This document shows positions 1-12,871 of a DNA stretch of 64,000 nucleotides, piece by piece (position 1 is the stretch's first letter; each line of letters starts with the position of its first letter). The DNA comes from Octopus bimaculoides (taxonomy: Eukaryota): assembly GCF_001194135.2 (NCBI RefSeq), contig NC_069004.1:13587653-13651652 (forward strand), written 5' to 3'. The notes beneath the pieces are model-generated. The model searched no databases. It was not told the origin of the DNA and saw only the letters and a program-made list of their open reading frames with translations. Position numbers and translations under genes: made by a program.

Positions 1-91
1 TTAGGTACAGAAAGGATTGCAAGGCTGTCCATGACTGGCTTAGAGGAATATACTACCATTGTTTTAAAAGAAAAAAATCCAAATATATTAC

Positions 92-140
92 CTGATGATC
101 AACTTGAGGTCCAAAAGCAAAATTATTTACAAATATCACA
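92..140 (-). CDS. DOT1L: DOT1L visible coding exon 8 (49 nt, phase 2-0): (T)VIFVNNFAFGPQVDHQ; the gene continues beyond the left edge
   Basis: Acceptor ttattctctttcag, donor CAG|gtaata. Contains the conserved FVNNFAFG motif. Confidence 0.95.
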
Positions 141-938
141 CTGAAAGAGAATAAGAAAATATTCAAATGAGTATATATATTCTGTGGGTTGCCATTTAGA
201 ACATAATACAGAAATGAAATTGAAAGATATATATAGATAAGTGATTATATTACATTAACAATTAAATATTTCATAGAAAGGAGATACAAATACATAAATA
301 AGTAAATAGATAAATCTATGCATGCATATATGTGCACATCTGTAAATATATATATATTTACACACAGAGCAAGAATCAGAATACTGACATGTGCTTTCAC
401 TTCTAACACATTTCTGCACATTTGAATGTGAATGGCATTTACAACAGGATTAAGGAAGTGCAATAATAATGTTTAGCAGTTCAAAACTGTGAGTAGTGAA
501 AAACAGAATTGGATCAGCTGATCGTGAGAATCAAATATTGATCACTTGGCTAAAATCTGCAGGTGGTATGGGTTATAACCCTTGGGTTGTATAAATAAAA
601 TATTAGTAATATGTAGTAAGCTAGAAGGATCCATTGCAAGGGCCCTATTATCGATTTTTTTTCAACAATCTAAGTATGTCACGAAGTTTCCAGACACGAG
701 TTCTACTCACATGTCAAATAAAGTATAAGACAGAAATGTTCAAATGAAATTGAGACAGAGATATTGTATGTGTGTTACAAAATTTGGACTGGTCCTGCAA
801 TAGATTATTATCTTTAAATTAGGTGTGCAGCCATTTTGTAACTGCTGTGAACAACTAATTGTTGAGATTCCTGTTCATCCTGATGAGAGGGTCATTGCCG
901 AGATGCACCTGAACTCATAATCAAACCTATATATATAT

Positions 939-976
<38 letters not shown>

Positions 977-1110
977 NNNNNNNNNNNNNNNNNNNNNNNN
1001 NNNNNNNNNNNNNNNNNNNNNNNNNNNNNNNNNNNNNNNNNNNNNNNNNNNNNNNNNNNNNNNNNNNNNNNNNNNNTATATATATATACATATATATACA
1101 CATACATATA

Positions 1111-1830
1111 TATAAAACTTACTAATTTCAGCGCAATCGGATGAAGAATATTCAAGTTATAAGCGCACAAAAAACAGAGACAGAACGGGATTTCTATATT
1201 AGATGAGCCAGTGTGGGAGACCTCTACATGGTAGCCAGACCTGGTAGAAGTAACAGGCAAATCTCCCTCACATCACACCTTACTGCCTTATGTATGTACA
1301 TATATATGTATGAGTCAATGAAGGAGAGCTCTACAAGGTAGCTAGACCTGGAAGAAATAGCAGCCATATCTCCCTCAACAAAGCCTATTGTCGTATGTAT
1401 ATGTGTATTAACAGTTCTTTGGCTTTTTGCATTTGACGACTGTTGCCTTAAGTTAAATAACCGTACTGAGCCCTCTATGTATAAAGAGAAGGGGACAGAG
1501 AGAGAGACAGAGATAGGAAAGAAGAAAGACAGCATAGCAACAGTTTGGGCTGACTGTCATCCTGTACTCCCCTTGAAGCCAGCGAAATGGTATGTGCTGT
1601 CTGAACAACTCGTTGCTTTTAATGAACAGCATGGCAGAAGAAACAGGACAAAAAGATTACAAAAATAGTGATTCTCACTTTGAAACTGACAATTTTCAAA
1701 AATTTTTTTAGATTACGGATCGTACCGCTCTCTCATCTGTCCATGTTTAAAATTTCAGCACAATCGGAGGAACAATACTCAAGTAATAAGAGCACAAACA
1801 GAAGGACGGAATGGGATTTATATATTAGAT
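1111..1830 (+). mobile_element. Two related copies (1111-1203 and about 1680-1830) of a Helitron-like non-autonomous 3' end
   Basis: Both read aaatttcagc(g/a)caatcgga...caag..ataag.gcacaaa...acagaa...gggattt.tatattagat. The family assignment is by resemblance only. Confidence 0.4.
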
Positions 1831-2465
1831 ATACATATATAGACATATATATATATATATACATAGATATATTTACATACATATAAACACGTACATGCAT
1901 ATACACATACATACATATACATACACATACATATATACAGACACACACATAGACATATATATACACATACAGATATGTATATATACACATACATACATAT
2001 ATATACACATGTATATACATATATATTTATATATATATATATATAAACACACAATACATACATACATACATACATACATACATACATACATACATACATA
2101 CATACATACATACATACATACATACATACATACATACATACATACATACATACATANNNNNNNNNNNNNNNNNNNNNNNNNNNNNNNNNNNNNNNNNNNN
2201 NNNNNNNNNNNNNNNNNNNNNNNNNNNNNNNNNNNNNNNNNNNNNNNNNNNNNNNNNNNNNNNNNNNNNNNNNNNNNNNNNNNNNNNNNNNNNNNNNNNN
2301 NNNNNNNNNNNNNNNNNNNNNNNNNNNNNNNNNNNNNNNNNNNNNNNNNNNNNNNNNNNNNNNNNNNNNNNNNNNNNNNNNNNNNNNNNNNNNNNNNNNN
2401 NNNNNNNNNNNNNNNNATACATACATACATACATACATACATACATACATACATACATACATACA

Positions 2466-2498
<33 letters not shown>

Positions 2499-2520
2499 TC
2501 ACACATACATATATAACTAT
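1829..2520. repeat. Compound (TA)n/(TACA)n microsatellite with an internal gap
   Basis: Pure TACA arrays flank the N-run 2157-2417. Confidence 0.97.
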
Positions 2521-2688
2521 AGATATACTTCACTTGGACACATGCAGATAAAAAATTCAGCTGAATTCTTTGACATTGCAGTTCTGAAAAAGGAGGTGCC
2601 AGGTAAAAAAGAAAACAGTGACTACACAACACACAAGGTCAAAGAAGAGAAGAGACAGACATATGGTGATAGAAAGAAAAAAAAAACA

Positions 2689-2998
2689 GATGTAACAGCA
2701 GCCGTAGATGAAATGAGATCATGCTCCGCCACTGGTCCTGATGGCTTTCCAGCTATTCTCCTAAAGTCATGTAAGCAGGCTTTAGCGAAACCACTTCAGA
2801 TACTTTTCCAAAGTTTCCTTGCAAGTAGTATACTTCCAAAAAAAGCTGAAAGAAGGTATTATATGCCCCATCCACAAAGGTGGAAGCAGAGCAGAGGTCA
2901 AAAGCTACAGGTCAATATCTCTGACTTGGCATATCAGTAAAGTCATGGAGTGAATCATCAGAAAGAAGTTGATAATGTTCCAAGAAGAAAATGACGTA
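2689..2998 (+). mobile_element. Degenerate non-LTR retrotransposon (CR1/L2-like) ORF2 fragment upstream of the RT core
   Basis: ...SATGPDGFPAILLKSCKQALAKPL...[frameshift]KLKEGIICPIHKGG...SYRSISLTWHISKVME*IIRKKL. Shows GPDG and YRxISLT motifs, one frameshift and one stop. Confidence 0.85.
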
Positions 2999-3306
2999 CT
3001 GTCTTGTTCAAGAACACAGCACACGGTCTGGAAATTGTACTCACTACCTCATGATTGTGAGCCCAAAGCTCTAACCACTGAGCCATGCATGATTGTCAGG
3101 TCATTTTGAAAAGTTACATTATGTGACAGGCTGTTGAGAATTGCCCCTACAACAAAGTGCTCAGCTGGAAATCAGGAGAGCTGGTGATAAAATAAGGTAA
3201 AAAAGAAAACAGTGACTACACAGCACACAAGGTCAAAGAGGAGAAGAGACAGACATATGGTGATAGAAAAAAAAACAATAGGACAATAATTCATAAGAAC
3301 ACATAC

Positions 3307-3362
3307 GTTGCATTGTTTATTTTTTCCTTCATCTCGTCAGATAAGAAGTCACCTTTCTCCAA
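3307..3362 (-). CDS. DOT1L: DOT1L visible coding exon 7 (56 nt, phase 0-2): LEKGDFLSDEMKEKINNA(T)
   Basis: Acceptor ttatcttttag, donor AC|gtatgt. Matches human LERGDFLSEEWRERIANTS. Confidence 0.95.
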
Positions 3363-3679
3363 CTAAAAGATAAAAAAATGAAAAATTTTTTCTAAAATTG
3401 ACTTTTTACACATTAGCATTTCACAACACTGATATATATATATGACTGGCAATTTAACAACACATTCTACATTCATGGAGATATATTCCTATCCTGCTGG
3501 ATTTATTTCTAAAAACAAAATTATGTCATTTAATCTATTTAAATATTTAATCTAGTTCTTAATGATTTTAACCTGGTTGGGCATTGTGCTAGCGAGAAGT
3601 ATCCACACAGATAAAATGTTACCACAAGGGGTATCTAATTACGTTTGAGATATCTGCATGTGAGTGTGTGCGTGCGTGC

Positions 3680-4014
3680 AGGTATGGCTGTACAGTAAGA
3701 AGCTTGCTTCCCAACCATATGGTTCCGGGTTCAGTCCCACTGCATGGCACCTTGGGCAAGTGTCTTCTACTATAGCCTACGCCTGACCAAAGCCTTGTGA
3801 GTGGATTTGGTAGACGGAAACTGAAAGAAGCCCATCGTTAAGTGTTTGGGTCTTTGTGTCAGTATTGTGCCCCCACCATCGCTTGACAACTGATGTTCAG
3901 CAAAAGAGACCAATAGAATAAGTACTAGGCTTACTAGATTTGTTCGACTAAAACCCTTTAAGGTAATGCTCCAGCATGGCCACAGTCAAATGACTGAAAC
4001 AAGAATAAAAGAAT
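3680..4014 (+). mobile_element. tRNA-derived SINE, family A (octopus OK/OR-type; CORE-like ttgggcaagt domain)
   Basis: A-box-like tggctgtNNNgtaag and B-box-like ggttcagtccc, core gcaccttgggcaagtgtcttctactatagcc, tail gactgaaacaag...aaaaga. More than 20 full or partial copies occur in the window. Confidence 0.9.
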
Positions 4015-4030
4015 ATATATATATATATCA

Positions 4031-4357
4031 CCTACATTACCCCATAACAACTGGCCACCTAACCCCCAGACTGCGACCCCATTGATTATTATGTGTGGGA
4101 CACAGTTGAGTGAGGAACTGAAGGCAAGGACTATGGCAGTATTCACCCACTTAAACAAAGATACCATCCAGAAGAGTTTCAGAAGATTCCAAAGTCGTCT
4201 GGAGGCCGTGGTTGAAGCCATTAGCAATTTTATTGAATAAATTTATTCTTTAGTATTTCAAGATATTTTTATGTAATTTTGGTAAATATATGTTAAAATG
4301 AGATGTCAGTGTTATTTTCATTTTTGCATAACTTAGATGACAATATATTCACTGCAC
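4031..4357 (+). mobile_element. Tc1/mariner (maT/DD37D-like) 3' fragment with terminal repeat
   Basis: WPPNPPDCDPIDYYVW-like segment. Its 3' end (gacaatatattcactg) is shared with the 6124-6973 copy. Confidence 0.8.
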
Positions 4358-4390
4358 CACACACACACATATATATATATATGTATATAT

Positions 4391-4421
<31 letters not shown>

Positions 4422-4449
4422 AATATATATGCACACACACACACACACA

Positions 4450-4499
<50 letters not shown>

Positions 4500-4758
4500 C
4501 TCACACACATATATACATATATATATATATCGTTAATCAAATATATTCAATGAGAATACAATATACTGAATTTTTTAATATGTTCTCTTGGTAGGGAAAT
4601 GTCTAAAACATTAAAGTATTTAGATATTTAACAAGGGCGGTTATATATTATATTATAAAATAAGAGCAAGAAAATTACATCACAAAATCATATTGTATTA
4701 ATAGATAGATGTATAAATATATAAAGTATGATTATTTAAAAGGTTTCAAAATTTTAAA

Positions 4759-4851
4759 TAGCTTACAATCATTTCGTGAATGCATTACCCTTAGAAATGG
4801 AATCTAAATTTGATAATCATAATTAGGTAATACATCCATTCGTCAGAGATA
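4759..4851 (-). ncRNA. Minimal type I hammerhead ribozyme-like motif, left arm of a foldback element, in DOT1L pre-mRNA sense
   Basis: Minus strand reads UAUCU-CUGACGA-AUGGAUGUAUUACC...GGUAAUGCAUUCAC-GAAA-U-GAUU-G-UA-AGCUA. Core, long stem II, minimal stem III, GUA triplet and stem I are all in canonical order. Defects: A-C at the first stem II pair and one stem I mismatch. Confidence 0.7.
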
Positions 4852-4880
4852 AAGGTGACTACATGGAAATTCACCCTCTT

Positions 4881-4973
4881 TATCTCTGATGAGTGGATTT
4901 ATTACCTAATAAAGATTATCAAATTTAGATTCCATTTCTAAGGGTAATACATTCACGAAACGATCCTATGATA
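4881..4973 (+). ncRNA. Minimal type I hammerhead ribozyme-like motif, right arm of the same foldback
   Basis: UAUCU-CUGAUGA(4886-4892)-GUGGAU...AUUCAC-GAAA(4957-4960)-C-GAUC-C-UA-UGAUA. Stem II (GUGGAU/AUUCAC plus UAUUACC/GGUAAUA) is intact. Stem III has a C-C mismatch, and the first stem I pair is U-U. Confidence 0.7.
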
Positions 4974-5109
4974 TTTTACATTTTTAAACCTTTTAAATAA
5001 TCATACTTTATATATTTATACATCTATCTATTAATACAATGTTATTTTGGACTTACATTTTCTGTTATGATTTTCCCGCACTTATTTTATAATATTTTAT
5101 ATATATATG

Positions 5110-5141
<32 letters not shown>

Positions 5142-5515
5142 TATATATATAGACATATACATACACATACGCACATACATATATATATATATACACACAC
5201 ACACATACATATACACACACATACATACATATATTCACACATACAAATATATATACATACACATATATATACACACACACACACACAAATTTCAGGTTTT
5301 AGTGTGATATAAATTTAAACCTTCTCTCAAAATTCCATGTTAATTTAAGCTCCAGTCACCAGATTAATAATGACAAAATTATTTTAATAAATTCTTAATT
5401 ACTTTCACAATTAACTGAAACAAAAGCAGAGTGTGTCTACAAAAGTATGATAACAAAAGTGTTGATGAACTTAAAATTCTAAATATGAACAGAATTCAGA
5501 ATAAGTATCATTTAC

Positions 5516-5578
5516 CTGGTATTGTCCATGTTTTTTACCATACCATTTCATCCATTTAACAAAAACTTTGTCCATGTT
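5516..5578 (-). CDS. DOT1L: DOT1L visible coding exon 6 (63 nt, phase 0-0): [21 protein letters not shown]
   Basis: Acceptor aaatttcag, donor CAG|gtaaat. Matches human [20 protein letters not shown]. Confidence 0.96.
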
Positions 5579-6123
5579 CTGAAATTTGGAAAAGAAAGTA
5601 GATTTTTATATACTTTTTATTGAACTGAAAATCAATTTTTCAAATGACTATTCAAAAATTTTTGTTGTGTGCATGTGTATTTTGTTTGTTTGACATCTGC
5701 TTTTCCATGCTAGCATGAGTTAGACCAGTGATTCCCAACATGATGCCTGAGAAACTTGTGGTAGAGTGTAGGATCCAAATTTTTTCTTCTTTTTTTTTTA
5801 GTAGGATGTGGAAGTGATAAAATTATTTTATCTTACACAATAATATATCTTTTTGTACTCAGTACTTAATAAAAGAGTTATCACTAGATTCTTTAGTATT
5901 AAATAATTGTGATAAAATATTAAAAATAAAGTAGTCTTTTTCCAACCACAGTTGGGGCATACATTTTTCTGGAAAGTTATAGCAAGGCCTGAGGGAAAAT
6001 AGGTCAGACAAATATATAATTGGGATATTGCTTTACAGTCAGATGCCCTTCCTTGCTAACCCTTAACTGTTTCTAAAGTAAAGGATTTCTTATTTTGCAT
6101 ATATCTACATACATACATACAAT

Positions 6124-6972
6124 GTACAGGGTGCGATGTCGCCATTTTATATTTTTCATTTTGCACATTGCTTTTGGTTTTGTCGGCTACACAGTTTAGT
6201 AGTGTCAGTTGGGCACCGCCTGTGAGGAAAACAGCACCATGATTCACTTTACTCTGCCAAGAATTTGGAAATGATATGCTGTGATGCTTGGCATTCGCGA
6301 CGGGAGCTCCAGTAAGTACATTTCAGAGTGTTTGGGTGTCAATCTGAGGACACATAGTGAGAGTGATAAAAATCCAGCATCCAGTCAACATCATGGTGTC
6401 TGGAGTGATCATTAGTGATGGTGATGTTATGCCTCCATTCATCTTCCCACACAGCTTCTAACTCAACACAGAGGCCTACATCAAGTGTCTGGAGGAGGTA
6501 GTACTGCTCTGGATTAAGAGGATGGCTGCTGAAAGACCCTATGTCTGGCAACAGGGCTCTGCACCATGCCACACAAGCAGGAGAACCAAGTCATGGCTGT
6601 CAGACAATTTCTGCGAGCACAACACCCCTAACATCTGGCTACCTAACTCCCCAGACTGCAACCTCTTGATTATTGTGTGGGACGCAGTTGAATGAGAGGC
6701 CAACAAAACTCCTTGTAACACCAAAGACGAACTGAAAGCAAAGATTATGGCAACATTCACCAACTTAAACAAGGAGACCATCCAGAAGAGTTTGCAGGAG
6801 ATTCCAAAGTCATCTGGAGGCTGTAGTCGAAGCCAATGGCAATTTTATTCAATAAATTTACTCTGTAGTATTTCAAGATATTTTTGCGTAATTTTGGTAA
6901 ATATATCTGTTAAAATGAGATCTCAGTGTTATTTTCATTTTTGCATAATTTAGACGACAATATATTCACTGA

Positions 6973-6973
<1 letters not shown>
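6124..6973 (+). mobile_element. Tc1/mariner (maT/DD37D-like) degenerate transposase, C-terminal half plus both ends
   Basis: Starts tacagggtgc. Encodes MVSGVIISDGDVMPPFIFP...RPYVWQQGSAPCHTS...W.PNSPDCNLLDY, with stops and frameshifts. Confidence 0.85.
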
Positions 6974-7044
<71 letters not shown>

Positions 7045-7068
7045 CGTGTGTGTATGCGTGTGTATACG

Positions 7069-7385
7069 TGAAGGTGCATGGCTCAGTGGTTAGAGCATTG
7101 GGCTCACAATCATGAGGCTGTGAGTTCAATTCCTGGACCAAGCTGTGTGCAGTGTTTTTGAGCAAGACATTTTATTTCAAGTTGTGCGACATCACTGGTG
7201 CCAAACCGTATCGGCCTTTACCTTTCCCTTGGATAACATCAGTAGCGTGAAAATGGGAGGCTGGCATGCATGGGCAACTGCTGGTCTTCCATAAACAACC
7301 TTGCCTGGACTTGTGCCTCACAGGGGAACTTGCTAGGTGCAATCTGATGGTCATCCATGTGACCAAAGGGGGTCTTTACTTTACC
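7069..7385 (+). mobile_element. tRNA-derived SINE, family B (other copies 23355-23680 + and a head fragment 3000-3090 -)
   Basis: A box tggctcagtgg, B box gagttcaattcc, body cactggtgccaa...ggataac...gggcaactgctggtcttccataaacaac. Confidence 0.88.
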
Positions 7386-7605
7386 ATATATATATATATA
7401 TATATATTTTTATATCATCATCATTGTTTAACGTCTACCTTCCATGCTAGCATGGGTTGGACGATTTGACTGAGGACTGGCGAACCAGATGGCTACACCA
7501 GGCTCCAAGTGCCAGTAAGGCGACACTGAATGGTGATGCTCATTTACAACTATCATACAACATCAAGACAAGGAAACCCAGATATACACAGATGTATATA
7601 TAAAC

Positions 7606-7639
<34 letters not shown>

Positions 7640-7934
7640 GTGCGTATACACATACACATACGTTAATATCAAACAGCGGGAATGTGTGTTCAACACCACA
7701 TTGGTGGATAAATATGTGGGTTAAGAAGGCTACCAATGGTTTCATGAAGAGAGAAACCTTTCAACAATTATCAAGTCTGTCACATGGGGATGTTATACAT
7801 CCATACACACATACATACACTCATAGTAGAATAAATTTCGTAACATTTACCATTTGCACTTAAGACGTTATACTGTTGTTGTATAAAACATTTCTTTAGC
7901 TCAACACCAGTCCAACCAGTTGCATTGGGAATCA

Positions 7935-8177
<243 letters not shown>

Positions 8178-8975
8178 CTAGTCAAATACTTTAATACATC
8201 ATCATCAGAATATCAACATTGTTTTAACATTTGAGGGCAGGCTAAAAATGTCATAAGCTGACTGTGAAGGCGTGAAGCTAGAGCTATGAAATTTTGCATG
8301 CATTAATTTTAACTCTTCTAATTAATGAATAACTTCATTGTTTCTTTCCACTATTGCAGTGACGATGATGTCATATCAGCTGTTGATTACTTTCTTTTTG
8401 ACCAATAGGATGAAAGCTTCTTTACCAATGGGATCCAAGCACCACAACACAAATGAAAGTGTGTGAACCACAAGGAGGTCTATGCTGAAAAATAAACCTC
8501 ATTTGGTCACACTTCTCTCTCATCCATCACAAACAATACAGTGATACTACCAACACAACCTCTGCCGTCTGCAATGGCACTACAGTGCCATTCTTACATC
8601 AGTATTTGAAATTTTTGGTGAGGGTGATAGTTGATTGCACCAACACCAGTGCCCAACATTTTTTTTTTATTGACTTCAGTTGAATTTGAACTCGGAACAT
8701 AAGGCCGGTGAAATGCTGCTAAGCATTTTGTCTGGTATGCTAATGATTCTCTTGCCTAAACAATAACAATAATAATAATGGTTCCAAATTTTGGCACAAG
8801 GCCAGCAACTTCAGGGGATGGGGTAAGTAAATTATGAAGACCCCAGTACTCAACTGATACTTATTTTATCAACCCCAAAAGGATGAAAGATAAAGTCAGC
8901 CTCAACAGAATTTGAACTCAGAACAAAAAAAAACAGATGAAATGCCACTAAGATAGGTGAAATGCTAGTGTCCTA

Positions 8976-9275
<300 letters not shown>

Positions 9276-9459
9276 CTATTTACAGTGAATAATCACAACA
9301 TCTCCACAATAAATTTATAAAGTACATTTACAATACTTACATGTGTGTGTGTGTTTGGAGATATATATATATATATATATATACAATCGCAGCGTGGAAG
9401 GTGTTTATAAGCCATTTAAAATAACACACAAAATCCGTTAGATTCACTTCAACATTTAA

Positions 9460-9506
<47 letters not shown>

Positions 9507-9521
9507 TGCAGTGATAGGTCT

Positions 9522-11037
9522 TCTATATATATAAAAGAGAGATTCTGTCTGTCTGTCCAGCAAAATGAAAGTAAATGGCTTAGGAGAAGCTATTATGCTT
9601 TTTCTATATATATAAAATCGAAATTCTGTCTTTCTCTGGCAAAATGAAAGTACCTGGTTCAGGGGAACCTATTATGCTATTGCCTAATTTGTCTCAAAAT
9701 TATTCAATGGTATACAACACTAATTGTGCACAAACTTATGAGAAACTGCATTGAGGCAAATATTCTCACTGATTGTGATAAAGGTGAGACCGTCTTCATT
9801 CCTTGCATATCAGTTGTACCATCTAATGTTCCATTCCAATTTAAGTGGTTACAGTTTCCTATCCATGTTTCTTTTGCCATGAACATTAATAAAAAGGATC
9901 AAACACTAAAAGTTGCTGGCTTGCAACTTAAACAACCATGCTTTTCACATGGCCAACATTATGTAGGAGCATCATGTATGGGAGCAAAAGCAAATCGTTT
10001 TGCTTATGCACTCCGAAATAAAACAAAAAAAATCATTGTTTATAAAGAAATATTCACTCTTAATGCAACATGAATATTTCAATAACTTAACATGTATGAT
10101 ATCAATCTTTTTTCACTTCAATTGTTATATGTTTTCTCTTATAAAACACAGACATGCAAGAGGAGTAAATTTAAATATGTAGGGAAGTCTCTCCCTGGTT
10201 CAGATTCGAAACTGAATATTTCAACTCTCCTTGGCCATACGGCCTATTCAAATGTCAAAAGAAACCATGACAAATGGGTGTTCTACTTGACCTGTGGCCT
10301 TTTCAGTGCCATCGCACAGTCACCTACATTCTGTAAAGCTATTCTTCTATATGACATGGCTATTTTTCTACCTTCATCCACATTGAAACTGAATCTTTCA
10401 ATTCTTTTTCTTCAATTATTATGTGTTTTTAAGAACCATGCTTTTCACATGGCCAACTTTATTGTAGGAGCATCACGTGTGGGAGCAAAAGCAAATCTTT
10501 GCTTATGCACCACAAAATAAAACAAAAAACATTGCTTATAAAGAAATATTCACTCTTAATGCAACATGAATACTTCAATAATTTAATTTGCCATTACTAT
10601 CATTACATTCAAGAATGATTAAATTACCTATTTAAATGAACTGTATTATATAATTGCCATTACTGTATTGATAAATAAAATAACACATACAGCTCATTTA
10701 TTATTATCATATAATAAACAAACAGAAGTTCATGTATGAAATTGATCTTTTTTTCTACTTCAATTATTACACGTTTTTCTCTTATAAAAAATATACACGT
10801 ACAGGAAGAGTAAATGTATGAGAAAACTCCTAAATTTGGGGGTTTAAAATCTGGAAAAAAGGTTTTGTAAGGGATTATAATGCTATCCATGTATAAGGAA
10901 CTCCCATATTTTTTAACCTAATTTTTAACAAAAAAGGGTTTCTTATACACGTTAAAATACGGTATATAATAATACTTTGAATGTAGTTCCTAGCAAACAG
11001 TAAACGTAACTACCTAATCAACAGGTATTACTGCTAG
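9522..11037 (+). mobile_element. Composite non-autonomous Helitron with a PIF1 helicase C-terminal fragment
   Basis: 5' TCTATATATATAAAA at 9522 and again at 9603. ORF 9726-10073 has VFIP...PFQFKWLQFPIHVSFAMNINK..QTLKVAGL.L.QPCFSHGQ.YVGAS. 3' end has a tacct/aggta stem followed by CTAG at 11034-11037. Confidence 0.85.
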
Positions 11038-11070
11038 TGTGTGTGTGTATAGAGAGAGATAGATAGATAG

Positions 11071-11465
11071 GCGTAAGAGTGGCTGTGTGGTAAGAAGTTT
11101 GCTTCCCAACCACATGGTTTCAGGTTCAGTTCCACTGCATGGCACCTTGGACAAGTGTCCTCTACTATAGCCTCAGGCTGACCAAAGCCTTGTGAGTGGA
11201 TTTGGTAGATGGAAACTGAAAGAAGCCTGACATATATATGTATGCATGTACGTATTTGTGTCTGTGTTTGTCCTCCAACAATCGCTTAATAACCAATGTT
11301 GGTGTGTTTATGTCCCCGTAACTTAGTTGTTCAGCAAAAGAGACCGATAGAATAAGCACTAGGCTTACAAAAAATAAGTCCTGAGGTCATTTTATTTGAT
11401 TAAAAGGCGGTGCTCCAGCATGGCTACAGTCAAATGACTGAAACAAGTAAAAGAGTAAATGAGAG
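11071..11465 (+). mobile_element. Family A SINE, full length
   Basis: Same head, core, internal (TA)n(TG)n tract and tail as 3680-4014. Confidence 0.92.
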
Positions 11466-11515
<50 letters not shown>

Positions 11516-11722
11516 GTTGACATTATAAGAGTTTATAAATTTTTGAGAGAATACAAAATAATTCTGTTTTGGAACTGGATCTCAAAGCAGATAAAGCTAT
11601 AAATAATAGCAAGTAAATATTGGGTTGAAAAACCCTTTTGAGCAGAATAACTTGAAGGCTGCTCTTTTACTTTCCAAACAGAGTTTTTCAACCAATATTT
11701 ACTTACTATAATTTATGGTCTG

Positions 11723-12103
11723 TGAAGGCGCAATGGCCTAGTGGTTAGGGCAGCAGGCTCGCGGTCATAGGATTGTGGTTTCGATTCCCAGACCAGGCGT
11801 TGCGAGTGTTTATTGAGTGAAAACACCTAAAGCTCCACGAGGCTCCAGCAGGGGATGGTGGCGAACCCTGCTGTACTCTTCCACCACAACTTTCTCTCAC
11901 TTCCTGTTTCTGTTGTGCCTGTAATTCAAAAGGTCAGCCTTGTCACACTGTGTCACGCTGAATATCCTCGAGAACTATGTTAAGGGTACATGTGTCTGTG
12001 GAGTGCTCAGCCACTTGCACGTTAATTTCACGAGCAGGCTGTTCCGTTGATCGGATCAACTGGAACCCTCGACGTCGTAAGCGACGGACTGCCAACAACA
12101 AAC
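11723..12103 (+). mobile_element. tRNA-derived SINE, family C (related pieces 24715-24895 +, 25748-25868 -, 61930-62237 -)
   Basis: Head tggcctagtggttagggc and gtttcgattccc, tail gttccgttgatcggatcaactggaaccctcgacgtcgtaagcgacgga. Confidence 0.88.
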
Positions 12104-12840
12104 AATTTATGGTTTACATGTGCTACGAGATGCAGTTCCCCAAAACACATACACACGCACACACAATATTTACAGTGAATATCACAATATACCTACATTG
12201 TAATCATAACTATATGTTTACAATATTTAGAATGTATGTGTGCAAATGTATTTACCAAATTTATATCTAGACAATGCTTTTGTTGATACAGTCTCTAAAT
12301 AACATTTCTTATTTTGGGATATGTACATAACCTTCAACTGGATTTAAACTAGAAACAATCTTATCCACAAGGCCACCAAAACTTATACATTTATTTATAA
12401 TCCAGGTTCCATTACCAGTACTATGCTTTAGATAAAGCTAGACACTGGATAATTCTCTGAGAAAATCCAGTGCACCTGGGCTAATAATAGGTACAATTTG
12501 GCAGAAACAAATCTGCCGCTAAGCAATTTTTTCTTTTTTTTATAAAACAAAGTTGCGCAGAAAGAGAGAGAGAAAGGGAGAGATAATGTGTGAGAGAGAG
12601 AAAGGGAGAGATAGTGTGTGAGAGAGAAAGAGAGTGTGTGTGTGTGTGTGTGAGTGTGTGCATGCGCACGTAAGTGTTTGTTGTACCTGAACTTAAGCCC
12701 TTTAGTCATATCAGTTTGAGAAAGTTACTTTAGTATACAAACTATGAGTGCAGTCTAGCACTGGTCTTGCTTTGCCTTGGCATCAGATCTGGACTCTGTG
12801 TTTGATTACAGGCCATGCACATACATATGGGTGGGTGCAT

Positions 12841-12871
<31 letters not shown>

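Larger units (their letters stand above)
4648..5095. mobile_element. About 450 bp foldback (long inverted repeat), probably a non-autonomous Penelope-like element derivative
   Basis: The two arms are reverse complements from ataaaataag...tataaagtatgattatttaaaagg inward to a short spacer near 4855-4875. Each arm carries a hammerhead motif. Confidence 0.7.

Noticed and set aside
879-925. CTGATGAGAG... possible hammerhead core
   Set aside because: No downstream GAAA or compatible stems.
11723-11800. tRNA-like heads with A and B boxes (also about 7069, 23355, 25295, 42014)
   Set aside because: They continue directly into SINE bodies and lack a complete cloverleaf, so they are not called tRNA genes.
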